DNA of 64,000 nucleotides from assembly GCA_965205265.1 (NCBI GenBank), contig CBDBGH010000003.1, positions 3,136,001 to 3,200,000 of the forward strand, given 5' to 3'. The notes under the pieces were generated by a model. It made no database searches. It worked only from the letters and a program-made list of their open reading frames with translations, and was not told the DNA's origin. Shown piece after piece: positions 30,415 to 39,753 of this stretch. A program made the translations under genes and the position numbers. Positions within the stretch are counted from its first letter, which is position 1, and each line of letters starts with the position of its first letter. This stretch comes from Alphaproteobacteria bacterium (GTDB lineage Bacteria > Pseudomonadota > Alphaproteobacteria > Bin95).

Positions 30415-31749
30415 TTACTCCAGCCCCGCCGCCTCCAGGGCTGCGGCCTGGCGGGCTGCGAGAGCGTCCGCGTCGAAGCCGTCGATGAGGCCGTGGAAGA
30501 GGCGGTGCCAGTTCACCTCCGCCCTGAGCCGCATGAAGACCGAGCCGAGGCCGATGGCGGCGCGGTCCATGAGCACGAATTCGCGCGGCGGGCGCACCCC
30601 GCCGACCCGCCTCAACTCCCGGTGCACCCGGGCCGCGACGGTTGCGCCGTACAGGCCGCTCTCGCTCTCCTGGATGCGCTGGACGCGGTCCTGAAGCAAG
30701 GGCGCGTAAAGGAACTCCGCCCAGATGTTCAGCACCTCGATCAGTTCGCGCGACGGGTTCTCGAAGCCCCAGGTCTCATAGGCCGAGACCGCCAGCGCTT
30801 CGTCGCCGTCCCGGAGCGCCCGGTAGAGGTCGATCACGCCCTTGACGAAGGAGGGCGGGAACACCCGGATGCAGCCGAAGTCCAGCAGGTTGATGGCGAA
30901 ATCCTCCCGCATCGAGTAGTTGCCGAGATGCGGGTCGCCGTGGATGACGCCGCAATCGTAGAAGGGCACATACCAGGCGCGGAACATGTTCTCGGCCAGC
31001 CGGTTGCGTGCCTCCACGGCCAGGTCCACCGCCTCCAGCAGCGGGCGGCCGTCGATCCAGGTCATGGTGAGCAGGCGGCCGGTCGAAAGCGCCTCCACCG
31101 GCTCCGGCACGGTCACGCCGGCCTCGCCGGCCAGCATTGCCCCGTAGAGGCGCATATGCTTCGCCTCGCGGTGGTAGTCGAGCTCCTCCCTGAGCCGCTC
31201 CGAAAGCTCCTGGAAGATGCTTTCCGTGCGCACCGCCCGGTCGCGGCGCTCATAGATGGACAGCACCACCCGCAACTGCCGGAGGTCCGCTTCCACGGCC
31301 GCGGCCATGTCGGGATATTGCAGCTTGCAGGCAAGGCGCGCGCCGTCGGGCGCGGTCGCGCGGTGGACCTGGCCGAGCGAGGCCGCATGGGCGGCGCTGC
31401 GCTCGAACTCGCGGAAGCGCTTCGGCCATTCCGGGCCGAGCTCGCCCGCCATCCGCCGGCGCACGAACGGCCAGCCCATCGACGGCGCGTCGGCCTGCAA
31501 TTGCCGCAATTCCTCCGCATAGGCCGACGGCAGCGCATCGGGAATGGTGGCGAGGATCTGCGCCACCTTCATCAGCGGCCCCTTGAGGCCGCCCACCGCA
31601 GCCGCAAGCTCGCGCGCATGGGCGTCATGCTCGATCTTTCGCCCGAGAAGCCGCCGCCCGGCATAGTTCGCCGCGAGGCCGCCGACCGCGCCGCCGACCC
31701 GCGCATAGCGGCGCAACTGGCCGCCGAGGCCGCCCGAATCGTCGCTCAT
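30415..31749 (-). CDS. AarF/ABC1/UbiB family kinase
   Basis: LKGPLMKVAQ, AASLGQVH, CKLQYP, EELDY, HGDPHLGN, LDFG. Confidence 0.93.
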   Translation of the reverse strand: MSDDSGGLGGQLRRYARVGGAVGGLAANYAGRRLLGRKIEHDAHARELAAAVGGLKGPLMKVAQILATIPDALPSAYAEELRQLQADAPSMGWPFVRRRMAGELGPEWPKRFREFERSAAHAASLGQVHRATAPDGARLACKLQYPDMAAAVEADLRQLRVVLSIYERRDRAVRTESIFQELSERLREELDYHREAKHMRLYGAMLAGEAGVTVPEPVEALSTGRLLTMTWIDGRPLLEAVDLAVEARNRLAENMFRAWYVPFYDCGVIHGDPHLGNYSMREDFAINLLDFGCIRVFPPSFVKGVIDLYRALRDGDEALAVSAYETWGFENPSRELIEVLNIWAEFLYAPLLQDRVQRIQESESGLYGATVAARVHRELRRVGGVRPPREFVLMDRAAIGLGSVFMRLRAEVNWHRLFHGLIDGFDADALAARQAAALEAAGLE

Positions 31750-33524
31750 GCGGCCTCCAGCTCGTCCACGAAGCCGGCAATGCGCGCCAGGCCCCGGTCC
31801 CAGAACGCCGGGTCGCGGGCGTCGAGGCCGAAGGGGGCCAGCAACGCGCCGTGATGCTTCGACCCGCCGGCGGCGAGCATGTCGAGATATTTGCCCTCGA
31901 AGCCCTCGCTCCCGTCCTCATAGGCCGCGTAGAGCGCGTTCACCAGGCAGTCGCCGAAGGCATAGGCATAGACATAGAAGGGCGCATGGATGAAATGGCC
32001 GATATAGGTCCACATCGCCCGGTAGGACTCGTCGAAGGCGAAGGCGTCGCCCAGGCTCTCGCGCTGCGTGTCCATCCAGATGTCGCCGATATCGCCCACT
32101 GTCAGCTCGCTCCCGGCGCGCGCCTCGTGGAGCCGGCGCTCGAACTCGTAGAAGGCGATCTGGCGCACCACCGTGTTCAGCATGTCCTCGACCTTGCCGG
32201 CGAGCAGCGCGCGGCGGCCCTCGGGCGGGGCCGTCTTCAGCATCGCCTGGAAGGTCAGCATCTCGCCGAAGACGGACGCCGTCTCGGCAAGGGTGAGCGG
32301 CGTGGCGGCCAGGAAATGGCCCTGCCCCGCCGCCAGCGACTGGTGCACGCCGTGGCCGAGCTCATGCGCGAGCGTCGCCACGTCCCGCGTCCGGCCCTGG
32401 TAGTTGAGCAGCACATAGGGGTGCGCGCCCGGCACCGTCGGATGCGAGAACGCGCCGGGCGCCTTTCCCGGCCGCGGCGGCGCGTCGATCCAGGCATTGT
32501 CGAAGAAGTGCTGCGCGACCTCCGCCATGCGCGGCGAGAAGGCGGCGTAGGAGTCCAGCACGAGGCGCTTCGCCTCGGCCCAGGAATAGTCGCGCCGGTC
32601 CGCCTCCGGCAGCGGCGCATTGCGGTCCCACCAGGCGAGCCTTTCCACGCCCAGCCACCCGGCCTTCAGGCGGTAATAGCGGTGGGAGAGCGCGGGATAG
32701 GCCCGCTTGACCGCGCCGACCAGCGCATCGACCACCTCGTCCTCGACCCGGTTCTGCAGGTTGCGCGCGGAGACGGAGCGGGAGAAGCCGCGCCAGCGGT
32801 CGTCGATCTCCTTGTCCTTGAGGAGCGTGTTGAGGATATGCGCGAAGAGCCGCTCGTTTTCCCCGAGCACCGTGGAGAGCGACGAGGCCGCCGCCCTGCG
32901 CACGCCCGCATCGGCATGCGCGAGGCGGTCGAGCGCCTCCTCCATGGTGAGCCGGCGGTCGCGGAACGGGAAGCGCAGCGCGGCCAGCGTCTCGTCGAAA
33001 AGCCGCGTCCAGGCCGACGAGCCGGCCGTTTCGCGGTCGAGCAGCAGGCGCTCCATGTCCTCGGCAAGCTGGTGGGGGCGGAAGGACCGGCTCTGCTCCA
33101 GCCAGGGGCGGTAGCGGGCCAGCCGCCCGCTCTCCTCCAGCCGGCGCGCGAGAATGTCGTCGTCGATCTCGTTGAGTTCGAGCTGGAAGAAGACCGTGTG
33201 CGCGGCAATCTCCGCAAAGCGCTCCTGGATGGACTGGTGGAAGCGCCCGGTCTCCGGGCACGCCATGTCGCCCGCGCGCAGCAGGCCCGCATAGCTGAGC
33301 AGCCGGGCTAGGCGCTCATGGAGCCGCTCATAGGCCTCGACCGCCTCCGCCAGCTCTTCGCCGTCGATCTCCGCGAGCCGGCCCTTCCAGCGCTCCTCTA
33401 TGGCGCGGGCCTCGGCATGGGCGGTTTCGAGGTCGCGGGCGACATCGGGTCCGTCGGGCGCGCTGTAGAGGTCGGTCAGGTCCCAGACCGGCAGCGTGGC
33501 GCTCTCGCGCTCGGTATCGGGCAT
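31746..33524 (-). CDS. pepF: M3B oligoendopeptidase F
   Basis: WDLTDLY, WDRNAP, GAF, HPYVLLNY, HELGHGVH, AETASVFGE, FYVYAYAFG. Confidence 0.93.
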   Translation of the reverse strand: MPDTERESATLPVWDLTDLYSAPDGPDVARDLETAHAEARAIEERWKGRLAEIDGEELAEAVEAYERLHERLARLLSYAGLLRAGDMACPETGRFHQSIQERFAEIAAHTVFFQLELNEIDDDILARRLEESGRLARYRPWLEQSRSFRPHQLAEDMERLLLDRETAGSSAWTRLFDETLAALRFPFRDRRLTMEEALDRLAHADAGVRRAAASSLSTVLGENERLFAHILNTLLKDKEIDDRWRGFSRSVSARNLQNRVEDEVVDALVGAVKRAYPALSHRYYRLKAGWLGVERLAWWDRNAPLPEADRRDYSWAEAKRLVLDSYAAFSPRMAEVAQHFFDNAWIDAPPRPGKAPGAFSHPTVPGAHPYVLLNYQGRTRDVATLAHELGHGVHQSLAAGQGHFLAATPLTLAETASVFGEMLTFQAMLKTAPPEGRRALLAGKVEDMLNTVVRQIAFYEFERRLHEARAGSELTVGDIGDIWMDTQRESLGDAFAFDESYRAMWTYIGHFIHAPFYVYAYAFGDCLVNALYAAYEDGSEGFEGKYLDMLAAGGSKHHGALLAPFGLDARDPAFWDRGLARIAGFVDELEAA

Positions 33525-33595
33525 TGCTAAACCTTGTCCCACGGGCGGTTCATCATACAGGGGCTCGGCATGAATGCGGATAGCGGGTCCGGCGG

Positions 33596-34474
33596 ATGAC
33601 GCCCGTCCGGCGGGGATACCTGTTCGCGGTCGCGTCCTCGCTCGGCCTCGGGCTCGCGATCGCGGCCTCGCGCGCGGCCTATGAGGGGGGTGCCACGCCC
33701 ATCGCGATCTCACCCGTGCGCGCCGTGCTGCTGGCGTCGATGCTCTGGCTCATCTGCCTCGCCACCCGGCGCAGCCTGCTGCTGCCGCGGCGCGACATGC
33801 TCTCCTGCCTCGGCCTCGGCGTGCTGGCGGCCCACATGTTCTACGGCAATATCGCGGCGGTGGAGACGATCCCGGTCGGCCTCGCCGCCCTCTGTTTCTT
33901 CGTCTATCCGCCGCTGGTGGGCGCGTTCTCCGCCGCGCTCGACCGGCGCTGGCCGAGCGCGGCGGTCATGGGCGCGCTGGCGCTCGCCTTCGCGGGCGTC
34001 GGGCTCGCGCTCGGCGTCGGCTTCGACGGCCTCGACCCGTTCGGCGTGTTCCTCGGGGTCTCGGCCGGCGTCGCCTGCTCGGTCAGCGTGCTCTGGCTCG
34101 CGCGCGGCATGGCGCATGCCGACCCGCTGCCGGTGATGTTCTGGTTCTCGGCGGTGGCGGCGGCGATCCTGGTGCCGATCGCGCTCTTCTCCGGGGAGGC
34201 GCGGCTGCCGGTGACCGCGGCGGGCTGGGCCGGGTGCCTCGCCGTGATCGTCTGCCAGGTCTCCTCGATCCCGCTCTACTACGCCGCCGTGCGCCTTGCC
34301 GGGGCCGAGAACACCTCCATGCTGAACAACCTCCAGCCGCTCACCAGCATCTTCGCCGCCTGGGCGCTCTACGGCGAGCGGCTCGGCCCCTGGCAATGGC
34401 TGGGCACCCTCATGGTGCTGGGCGGCATCCTCTGGATGCAGACGGCGCTGCGCCGCCGCTCTGAGGACAATTGA
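33596..34474 (+). CDS. DMT/EamA family transporter
   Basis: About 10 TM segments in two EamA halves; IPVGLA..FF.YP, LQPL...AW...GE.L. Confidence 0.88.
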   Translation: MTPVRRGYLFAVASSLGLGLAIAASRAAYEGGATPIAISPVRAVLLASMLWLICLATRRSLLLPRRDMLSCLGLGVLAAHMFYGNIAAVETIPVGLAALCFFVYPPLVGAFSAALDRRWPSAAVMGALALAFAGVGLALGVGFDGLDPFGVFLGVSAGVACSVSVLWLARGMAHADPLPVMFWFSAVAAAILVPIALFSGEARLPVTAAGWAGCLAVIVCQVSSIPLYYAAVRLAGAENTSMLNNLQPLTSIFAAWALYGERLGPWQWLGTLMVLGGILWMQTALRRRSEDN

Positions 34475-34481
34475 GACGGGA

Positions 34482-34883
34482 TCAGATCGGGTTCGCGTCA
34501 GGAAGAACCGCAAAGCCGAGTTCCTCCGCAACGGAGCCTTGCCGGCCATCGAGCGTCGCGAAGGAAAGAGCGGATGGCTGTGGAAACACATAGAGGGCCG
34601 TCGCGACGTGCCAGAGGTCCGCGCCCCTGAGGCGGCCCGTCCCGAGGATCTTTGCGAACTCGGGCGCAAGCGGCCTGTCGGGTAGAATCCACTCGATCCC
34701 CGCAGTCGTGCTCTCCTGAAAGACCAGGTTCTCGCGCGCGAAGGCCGCCCTGAGCTCGGCTTCAAGCAGGTTGGACGAGATCAGGCGGTCGAATTCATCC
34801 AGCCGCCGGGCGCATGCCGCCGCGCCCGGTTCATCGAAAGCAATAGCCGCCAATACCGAGGTATCGACGTAAGCGATGCTCAT
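34482..34883 (-). CDS. vapC: PIN-domain (VapC) toxin
   Basis: YVDTSVL, LEAEL, LRGADLWHVATA, FATLD. Confidence 0.88.
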   Translation of the reverse strand: MSIAYVDTSVLAAIAFDEPGAAACARRLDEFDRLISSNLLEAELRAAFARENLVFQESTTAGIEWILPDRPLAPEFAKILGTGRLRGADLWHVATALYVFPQPSALSFATLDGRQGSVAEELGFAVLPDANPI

Positions 34884-35152
34884 TCCTCACGCTCGGCCAA
34901 GAACCTCGACAGGGCGCCCGGCCGCCGCTCCACCGGTCGGAGCGTCTGTCTCGGGACGGACGAACGAACGAGGGAACCGCTGCGTTCAAGGTCCGAAAGC
35001 CGCTCATCCAGCGTCGGTGTCCGCTCTATCGACCGGATTTCGGCCACCGGCTGACCCCGATAGGAGACGGTGACGACACGACCGTCCCGCACCTGCCTGA
35101 TGACCTCGGAAAACCGGGCCTTGGCCTCGTAGATCGAATAGTTGAGCGCCAT
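34880..35152 (-). CDS. Phd/YefM family antitoxin
   Basis: SIYEAKARFSEVIRQV..G..VTVSYRGQPVAEI; ATGA overlap with toxin. Confidence 0.9.
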   Translation of the reverse strand: MALNYSIYEAKARFSEVIRQVRDGRVVTVSYRGQPVAEIRSIERTPTLDERLSDLERSGSLVRSSVPRQTLRPVERRPGALSRFLAEREE

Positions 35153-35187
35153 GCATCGATATTATCTAGTCAGACTGGTTATGTCAA
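35153..35187 (-). promoter_or_regulatory. sigma70 promoter of phd-vapC with spacer operator; probably leaderless
   Basis: TTGACA(35187-35182)-N17-TAATAT(35164-35159)-N6-ATG; palindrome AGTCAGACT in spacer. Confidence 0.7.
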
Positions 35188-35235
35188 CTGCCCATGCCCG
35201 GAAATCCGTCAGAGGCAGTAGATGCTGCCGAACGA

Positions 35236-36192
35236 CTATCCGCTTACCAGCGGCATGACCTCCTCGGCGAAGCGGGAGAGGCGCTCTTCGGTGCGCTCGA
35301 CGGAGCGGGCGGCGAAGTTCAGGAAGACGCAGCCGACGCCGAGCTCGCCGAGCGCGCGGAGGTCGCCGGCGCGCTCCTCCGCGCTGCCGGTGAGGAAGCG
35401 CCGGCCGCCCCCGCCGTCCTCCGCGGCCTCCTCGAAATGCCAGGGGGCGGAATAGGCGAGCCCGATCGAGGCGGGGTCGCGCCCGGCTTCTTCGGCGATC
35501 CGGAACAACAGGTCGCGCCGGTCCCGGTAGCGCTCCAGGCTGTCGAGCATGGCGCGCGGATTGTTGCCGATGGGATACCAGGCGTCGCCGAGGGCCGCGA
35601 CGCGGCGGAGCGCCGGCCGGCTCTCGCCGCCGATCCAGAGCGGCGGATGCGGCTTCTGCACCGGATGCGGCAGGGTCGAGACATTGGAGAAACCCGCATA
35701 GTCCCCGGCGAAGCTTGCGGGGTCCTCTGTCCAGACCGCCTTGAAGACGCGGAGATATTCGTCCGCGACCCGGCCGCGCTCGTCGAAGGGCGGCAGCCCC
35801 ACCGCCTCGAACTCCTCGCGCATCCACCCCACCCCGCAGCCGACCGTGACGCGCCCGCCGCTCAGCAGGTCGGCCGTCGCAAGCTGCTTCGCCGCCAGCA
35901 CCGGATTGCGGTGGGGCAGCACCATGACGGAGGTGATGAGCCGCGCCTTCTCCGTGACGCCGCAGAGGAAGGCGAGCAGCGCGATCATCTCCAGCGCCTC
36001 GCCAGACCGGCTGCCGGGGAAGTCGCCCGTCTCCGAATAGGGGTATTTCGACCCGATGTCGCGCGGGATCACGATGTGGTCCGAAACCGTGAGCGCCGCA
36101 TAGCCGAGCCGCTCGCCGGTCTGCGCGAGCCGCTTCTGGTCCGCCGGATTGGCGAGTGGGCCCCTGTGCGGAATGCTGAAACCGAAATCCAT
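35236..36192 (-). CDS. LLM-class flavin/F420-dependent oxidoreductase
   Basis: SDHIV.P, TSVMVLPHRNP..AKQLAT.D.LSGGR, GVGW..EEF, PHPPLWIGG. Confidence 0.9.
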   Translation of the reverse strand: MDFGFSIPHRGPLANPADQKRLAQTGERLGYAALTVSDHIVIPRDIGSKYPYSETGDFPGSRSGEALEMIALLAFLCGVTEKARLITSVMVLPHRNPVLAAKQLATADLLSGGRVTVGCGVGWMREEFEAVGLPPFDERGRVADEYLRVFKAVWTEDPASFAGDYAGFSNVSTLPHPVQKPHPPLWIGGESRPALRRVAALGDAWYPIGNNPRAMLDSLERYRDRRDLLFRIAEEAGRDPASIGLAYSAPWHFEEAAEDGGGGRRFLTGSAEERAGDLRALGELGVGCVFLNFAARSVERTEERLSRFAEEVMPLVSG

Positions 36193-36353
36193 CCTGTCCC
36201 CCCTCGGGCCTCCGGGTCCGGCGCCGCGCCGGAAATCGGCCGCCAGCATAGCTCATCCGTTTCGCTGTGCATTTCCCCCGCGCATCGCCATTGGCGAAAC
36301 GGGCGGGATGCGGAATGCTGGCGGCCTCTTTGCCGGAAGACCGCCGAGCGCCG

Positions 36354-38945
36354 ATGAAAGCCGCCCGACCCGCCAGCAGCACGCCGATGATGGCGCAGTA
36401 TCTCGCCATTCGCGAGGCGCATCCGGGCTATCTCCTGTTCTACCGGATGGGGGATTTCTACGAGCTGTTCTTCGAGGACGCGGTGGCGGCCGCGGCCGCG
36501 CTCGACATCGCGCTCACAAAGCGCGGGCGCCATGACGGCGACGACATCCCGATGGCGGGCGTGCCGGTCCGCGCGCATGAGGCCTATCTGGAGCGGCTGA
36601 TTCGCAAGGGCTTCAAGGTCGCCATCTGCGAGCAGACGGAGGACCCGGCCGAGACCCGCAAGCGCGGCGGCGGCGCGGTGGTGGCGCGCGAGGTCGTCCG
36701 GCTCGTCACGCCGGGCACGCTCACCGAAGACTCGCTGCTGGACGCGCGCCGGCACAACTATCTGGCCGTGCTGGCCGAAGCGGGCGGCGGGGCGGCGCTC
36801 GCCTGGGCCGACATGTCCACCGGCGAATTCCGGGTCGAGAGCGTGACGCAGGAAAGCCTGCCGGCGCTGCTCGCACGCATCGAACCCTCCGAACTGGTCC
36901 TGCCCGAGAGGCTGCTGGACGCGACCGCCTTCGACGGCGCGGCGACGCCGCTGCCGGCCGCACGCTTCGACAGCGAGAATGCGCGCCGCCGCCTGCTGGA
37001 GGCGTTCGGGGTGGCGACGCTTGAGGGTTTCGGGCGCTTCGGGCGCGCCGAGACCGCCGCCTGCGGGGTGCTGGTGGACTATCTGGAACTGACGCAGAAG
37101 GGCCGCCTGCCGCGCCTGGAGCCGCCCCGGCCCGCGGGCCCCGGACAGGTGCTGGAGATCGACCCCGCGACCCGGCGGAACCTGGAGCTGACCGCAACGC
37201 TCGCCGGCGAGCGCCGGGGCAGCCTGCTCGCAACCATCGACCGGACACGGAGCGCGGCCGGCGGGCGCCTGCTGGCGGCGTGGCTCGCGGCGCCGCTGAC
37301 CGACCCGGCCGCCATCGCCGCGCGCCACGATGCCGTGGACCGGCTCTGCCGCGAGGACCGCCTCCGCCGGGAGCTTGCCGGCCGGCTCGCGCGCGCCCCG
37401 GACATCGAGCGCGCCCTCTCGCGGCTCGGGCTCGGGCGCGGCGGCCCGCGCGACCTTGCGGCCATTCGCGACGCGCTCGTTCTGGCGGGCGAGATCGCGG
37501 ACCTGTTCGACGCCCCGCCGCCGCTGCTGGCGGAGGCCTGCACGGCGCTCCGGGGCCACGGGGAGACGGCGGCGGCGCTGGCGGCGGCGCTCGGCCCCGA
37601 CCTTCCCCTCGCCGCGCGCGACGGCGGATTCGTGGCCGCCGGCCATGACGGCGAACTCGACCGGCTGCGCACGCTCCGCGACGACAGCCGCAAGACGGTG
37701 GCCGGTCTGCAGGCGCGCTATGCGGCCGAGACGGGCGCGGCCTCGCTCAAGATCCGCCACAACAACATCCTGGGATATTTCGTCGAGGTGACGCAGGCCG
37801 CCTCCGAGCGCCTCGTGGCCGACGACGCCTTCATCCACCGCCAGACCATGGCCAACTCCATGCGCTTCACCACGGTCGAGCTCGGCCGGCTGGAAGCGCA
37901 GATCGCGGGCGCTGCCGACCGGGCGCTGGCGGCTGAGCTCGCCATATTCGAGCGCCTGGCGGCCGAAGTGCTGGAACGGGGCGGCGGGATTGCGGCGGCC
38001 GCAGCCGCGCTCGCCCTGCTGGACACGGCCGCAGGACTGGCGGCGCTCGCCGTCGAATGCAACTGGAGCCGCCCGCTGGTGGACGACAGCCTCGCCTTCG
38101 AAATCGAGGGCGGGCGCCATCCGGTCGTCGAGGCGGCGCTGGACGAGCCCTTCGTCGCGAACGGTTGCGACCTCTCGCCGGGGCAGCGGCTCTGGCTCGT
38201 GACGGGGCCGAACATGGCCGGCAAGAGCACCTTCCTGCGCCAGAACGCGCTCATCGCCATCCTGGCCCAGATGGGCGGGTTCGTGCCGGCGGACCGCGCG
38301 CATATCGGGGCGGTGGACCGGCTGTTCAGCCGCGTCGGCGCCTCGGACGACCTCGCGCGCGGGCGGTCCACCTTCATGGTCGAGATGGTCGAGACGGCGG
38401 CGATCCTGAACCGGGCGGGCGAACGCTCGCTGGTGATCCTCGACGAGATCGGGCGCGGCACGGCGACCTTCGACGGCCTCTCCATCGCCTGGGCGGTGGT
38501 GGAGCAGCTTCACGAAGCCTGCCGCTGCCGGGCGCTGTTCGCCACGCACTACCACGAACTCACCCTGCTCGCCGGCAAGCTGGAGCGGCTCGCGCTGCGC
38601 ACCATGCGGGTCAAGGAATGGCAGGGCTCCGTCGTGTTCCTGCACGAGGTCGCGCCCGGCGCGGCGGACCGCTCCTACGGCATCCATGTGGCGCGGCTCG
38701 CCGGCCTGCCGCGCGCCGTGGTCGAGCGGGCCGAAGAGGTATTGCGCCTCCTGGAGACCGGCGAACAGGGAAGCGCCATCGCGCGGCTCGCCGAAGACCT
38801 GCCGCTCTTCGCCGCCGCCCGCAATCCCGGGGCCGCGCCGGAGCCGTCCGAAGCCGAAAAGGCCCTCGCCGCCCTCGACCCCGACGCCCTCACCCCGAGG
38901 GACGCGCTGGACCGGCTCTACGAACTGAAGCGGCTGCTGGGCTAG
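36354..38945 (+). CDS. mutS: DNA mismatch repair protein MutS
   Basis: [60 protein letters not shown]. Confidence 0.98.
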   Translation: MKAARPASSTPMMAQYLAIREAHPGYLLFYRMGDFYELFFEDAVAAAAALDIALTKRGRHDGDDIPMAGVPVRAHEAYLERLIRKGFKVAICEQTEDPAETRKRGGGAVVAREVVRLVTPGTLTEDSLLDARRHNYLAVLAEAGGGAALAWADMSTGEFRVESVTQESLPALLARIEPSELVLPERLLDATAFDGAATPLPAARFDSENARRRLLEAFGVATLEGFGRFGRAETAACGVLVDYLELTQKGRLPRLEPPRPAGPGQVLEIDPATRRNLELTATLAGERRGSLLATIDRTRSAAGGRLLAAWLAAPLTDPAAIAARHDAVDRLCREDRLRRELAGRLARAPDIERALSRLGLGRGGPRDLAAIRDALVLAGEIADLFDAPPPLLAEACTALRGHGETAAALAAALGPDLPLAARDGGFVAAGHDGELDRLRTLRDDSRKTVAGLQARYAAETGAASLKIRHNNILGYFVEVTQAASERLVADDAFIHRQTMANSMRFTTVELGRLEAQIAGAADRALAAELAIFERLAAEVLERGGGIAAAAAALALLDTAAGLAALAVECNWSRPLVDDSLAFEIEGGRHPVVEAALDEPFVANGCDLSPGQRLWLVTGPNMAGKSTFLRQNALIAILAQMGGFVPADRAHIGAVDRLFSRVGASDDLARGRSTFMVEMVETAAILNRAGERSLVILDEIGRGTATFDGLSIAWAVVEQLHEACRCRALFATHYHELTLLAGKLERLALRTMRVKEWQGSVVFLHEVAPGAADRSYGIHVARLAGLPRAVVERAEEVLRLLETGEQGSAIARLAEDLPLFAAARNPGAAPEPSEAEKALAALDPDALTPRDALDRLYELKRLLG

Positions 38946-39029
38946 ACGGCGGCCCACCGCCTGCCCTCGCGAAAGCGGGGGTCGCCCCGGCCGGAGCGAA
39001 GCGCCTGCCCCGGACCCCGGTTCGCGGCG

Positions 39030-39520
39030 AACATTACAGAATGTTCATATGTTCAGGAAAATTTCTCTGATATACTTGATTTTTCATAAATTCGTGCGAA
39101 TATGAAACCGGACGGCGGAAGCGGCGTTCGCAGAGCCGCTTCGTTTCGCCGTTCGCGCCGGCGCGAAAAAAGCCCCCGATTCGGCCAACAGGTGGGGTGC
39201 GCTCTGCGCTTGGCTCGCGCGCGCAAGCGCAGGCGGGCAATCAGGCGCGCGAACCGCGCCGGCGCGAAACGCCCGCCCGCGGGCGCGGGCGCCGGCGCGC
39301 ATGACGCGCGAATCAGGGTCCCGCCGCCCGGACGAACCGGCGGCGGGGAGAACGGAACGAAGATGGGTCGAAAGGAGAGATACATGCCGAAGACCGAAGC
39401 CGGGAAACCGGATGGAAACCCCGGAGCGTCCGTCCGAAACGGCGGCGTCATGCCTGAAACGGCTATCGCATATGCACTCACAGCATGCAAAACATGACAT
39501 TTCATGACGCGCCGCCGGGT
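39030..39520. other. palindrome-rich non-coding element between mutS and leuA
   Basis: AT-rich left end, several hairpins (TTCGCGCCGGCGCGAA; GAAGCGGC/GCCGCTTC), CATGACATTTCATGAC right end; no credible ORF. Confidence 0.45.
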
Positions 39521-39538
39521 CCCGCCGGCTCCGGACCG

Positions 39539-39568
39539 TTGACAGGCCGGCCGGCGCTCGCCTATAAG
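39539..39568 (+). promoter_or_regulatory. sigma70 promoter of the leuA leader
   Basis: TTGACA(39539)-N18-TATAAG(39563), 7 nt before leader ATG. Confidence 0.7.
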
Positions 39569-39575
39569 CCGGGCC

Positions 39576-39632
39576 ATGTTCGAACGCAGCGGCATTCTGC
39601 TTCTCGGCCTTACCGGCGCTCGCCGGGCCTGA
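39576..39632 (+). CDS. leuA leader peptide MFERSGILLLGLTGARRA
   Basis: 18-codon uORF with CTG CTT CTC GGC CTT Leu cluster, ending about 120 bp upstream of leuA. Confidence 0.8.
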   Translation: MFERSGILLLGLTGARRA

Positions 39633-39753
39633 ACGGCTGCCCGGCGGGTGTAGCCCCTACCGCCGTCGAACTATCCCGACATCGCCAGAATTCTAAGCCG
39701 CGCCGCCTGTCCGATTCGGGCCCCGCGCGGAAACCGAGGACCGCTCAGCAGCC

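Noticed and set aside
39053-39595. Protein-coding ORFs in the mutS-leuA spacer
   Set aside because: Several overlapping low-complexity ORFs on both strands with no recognisable motif; treated as non-coding.
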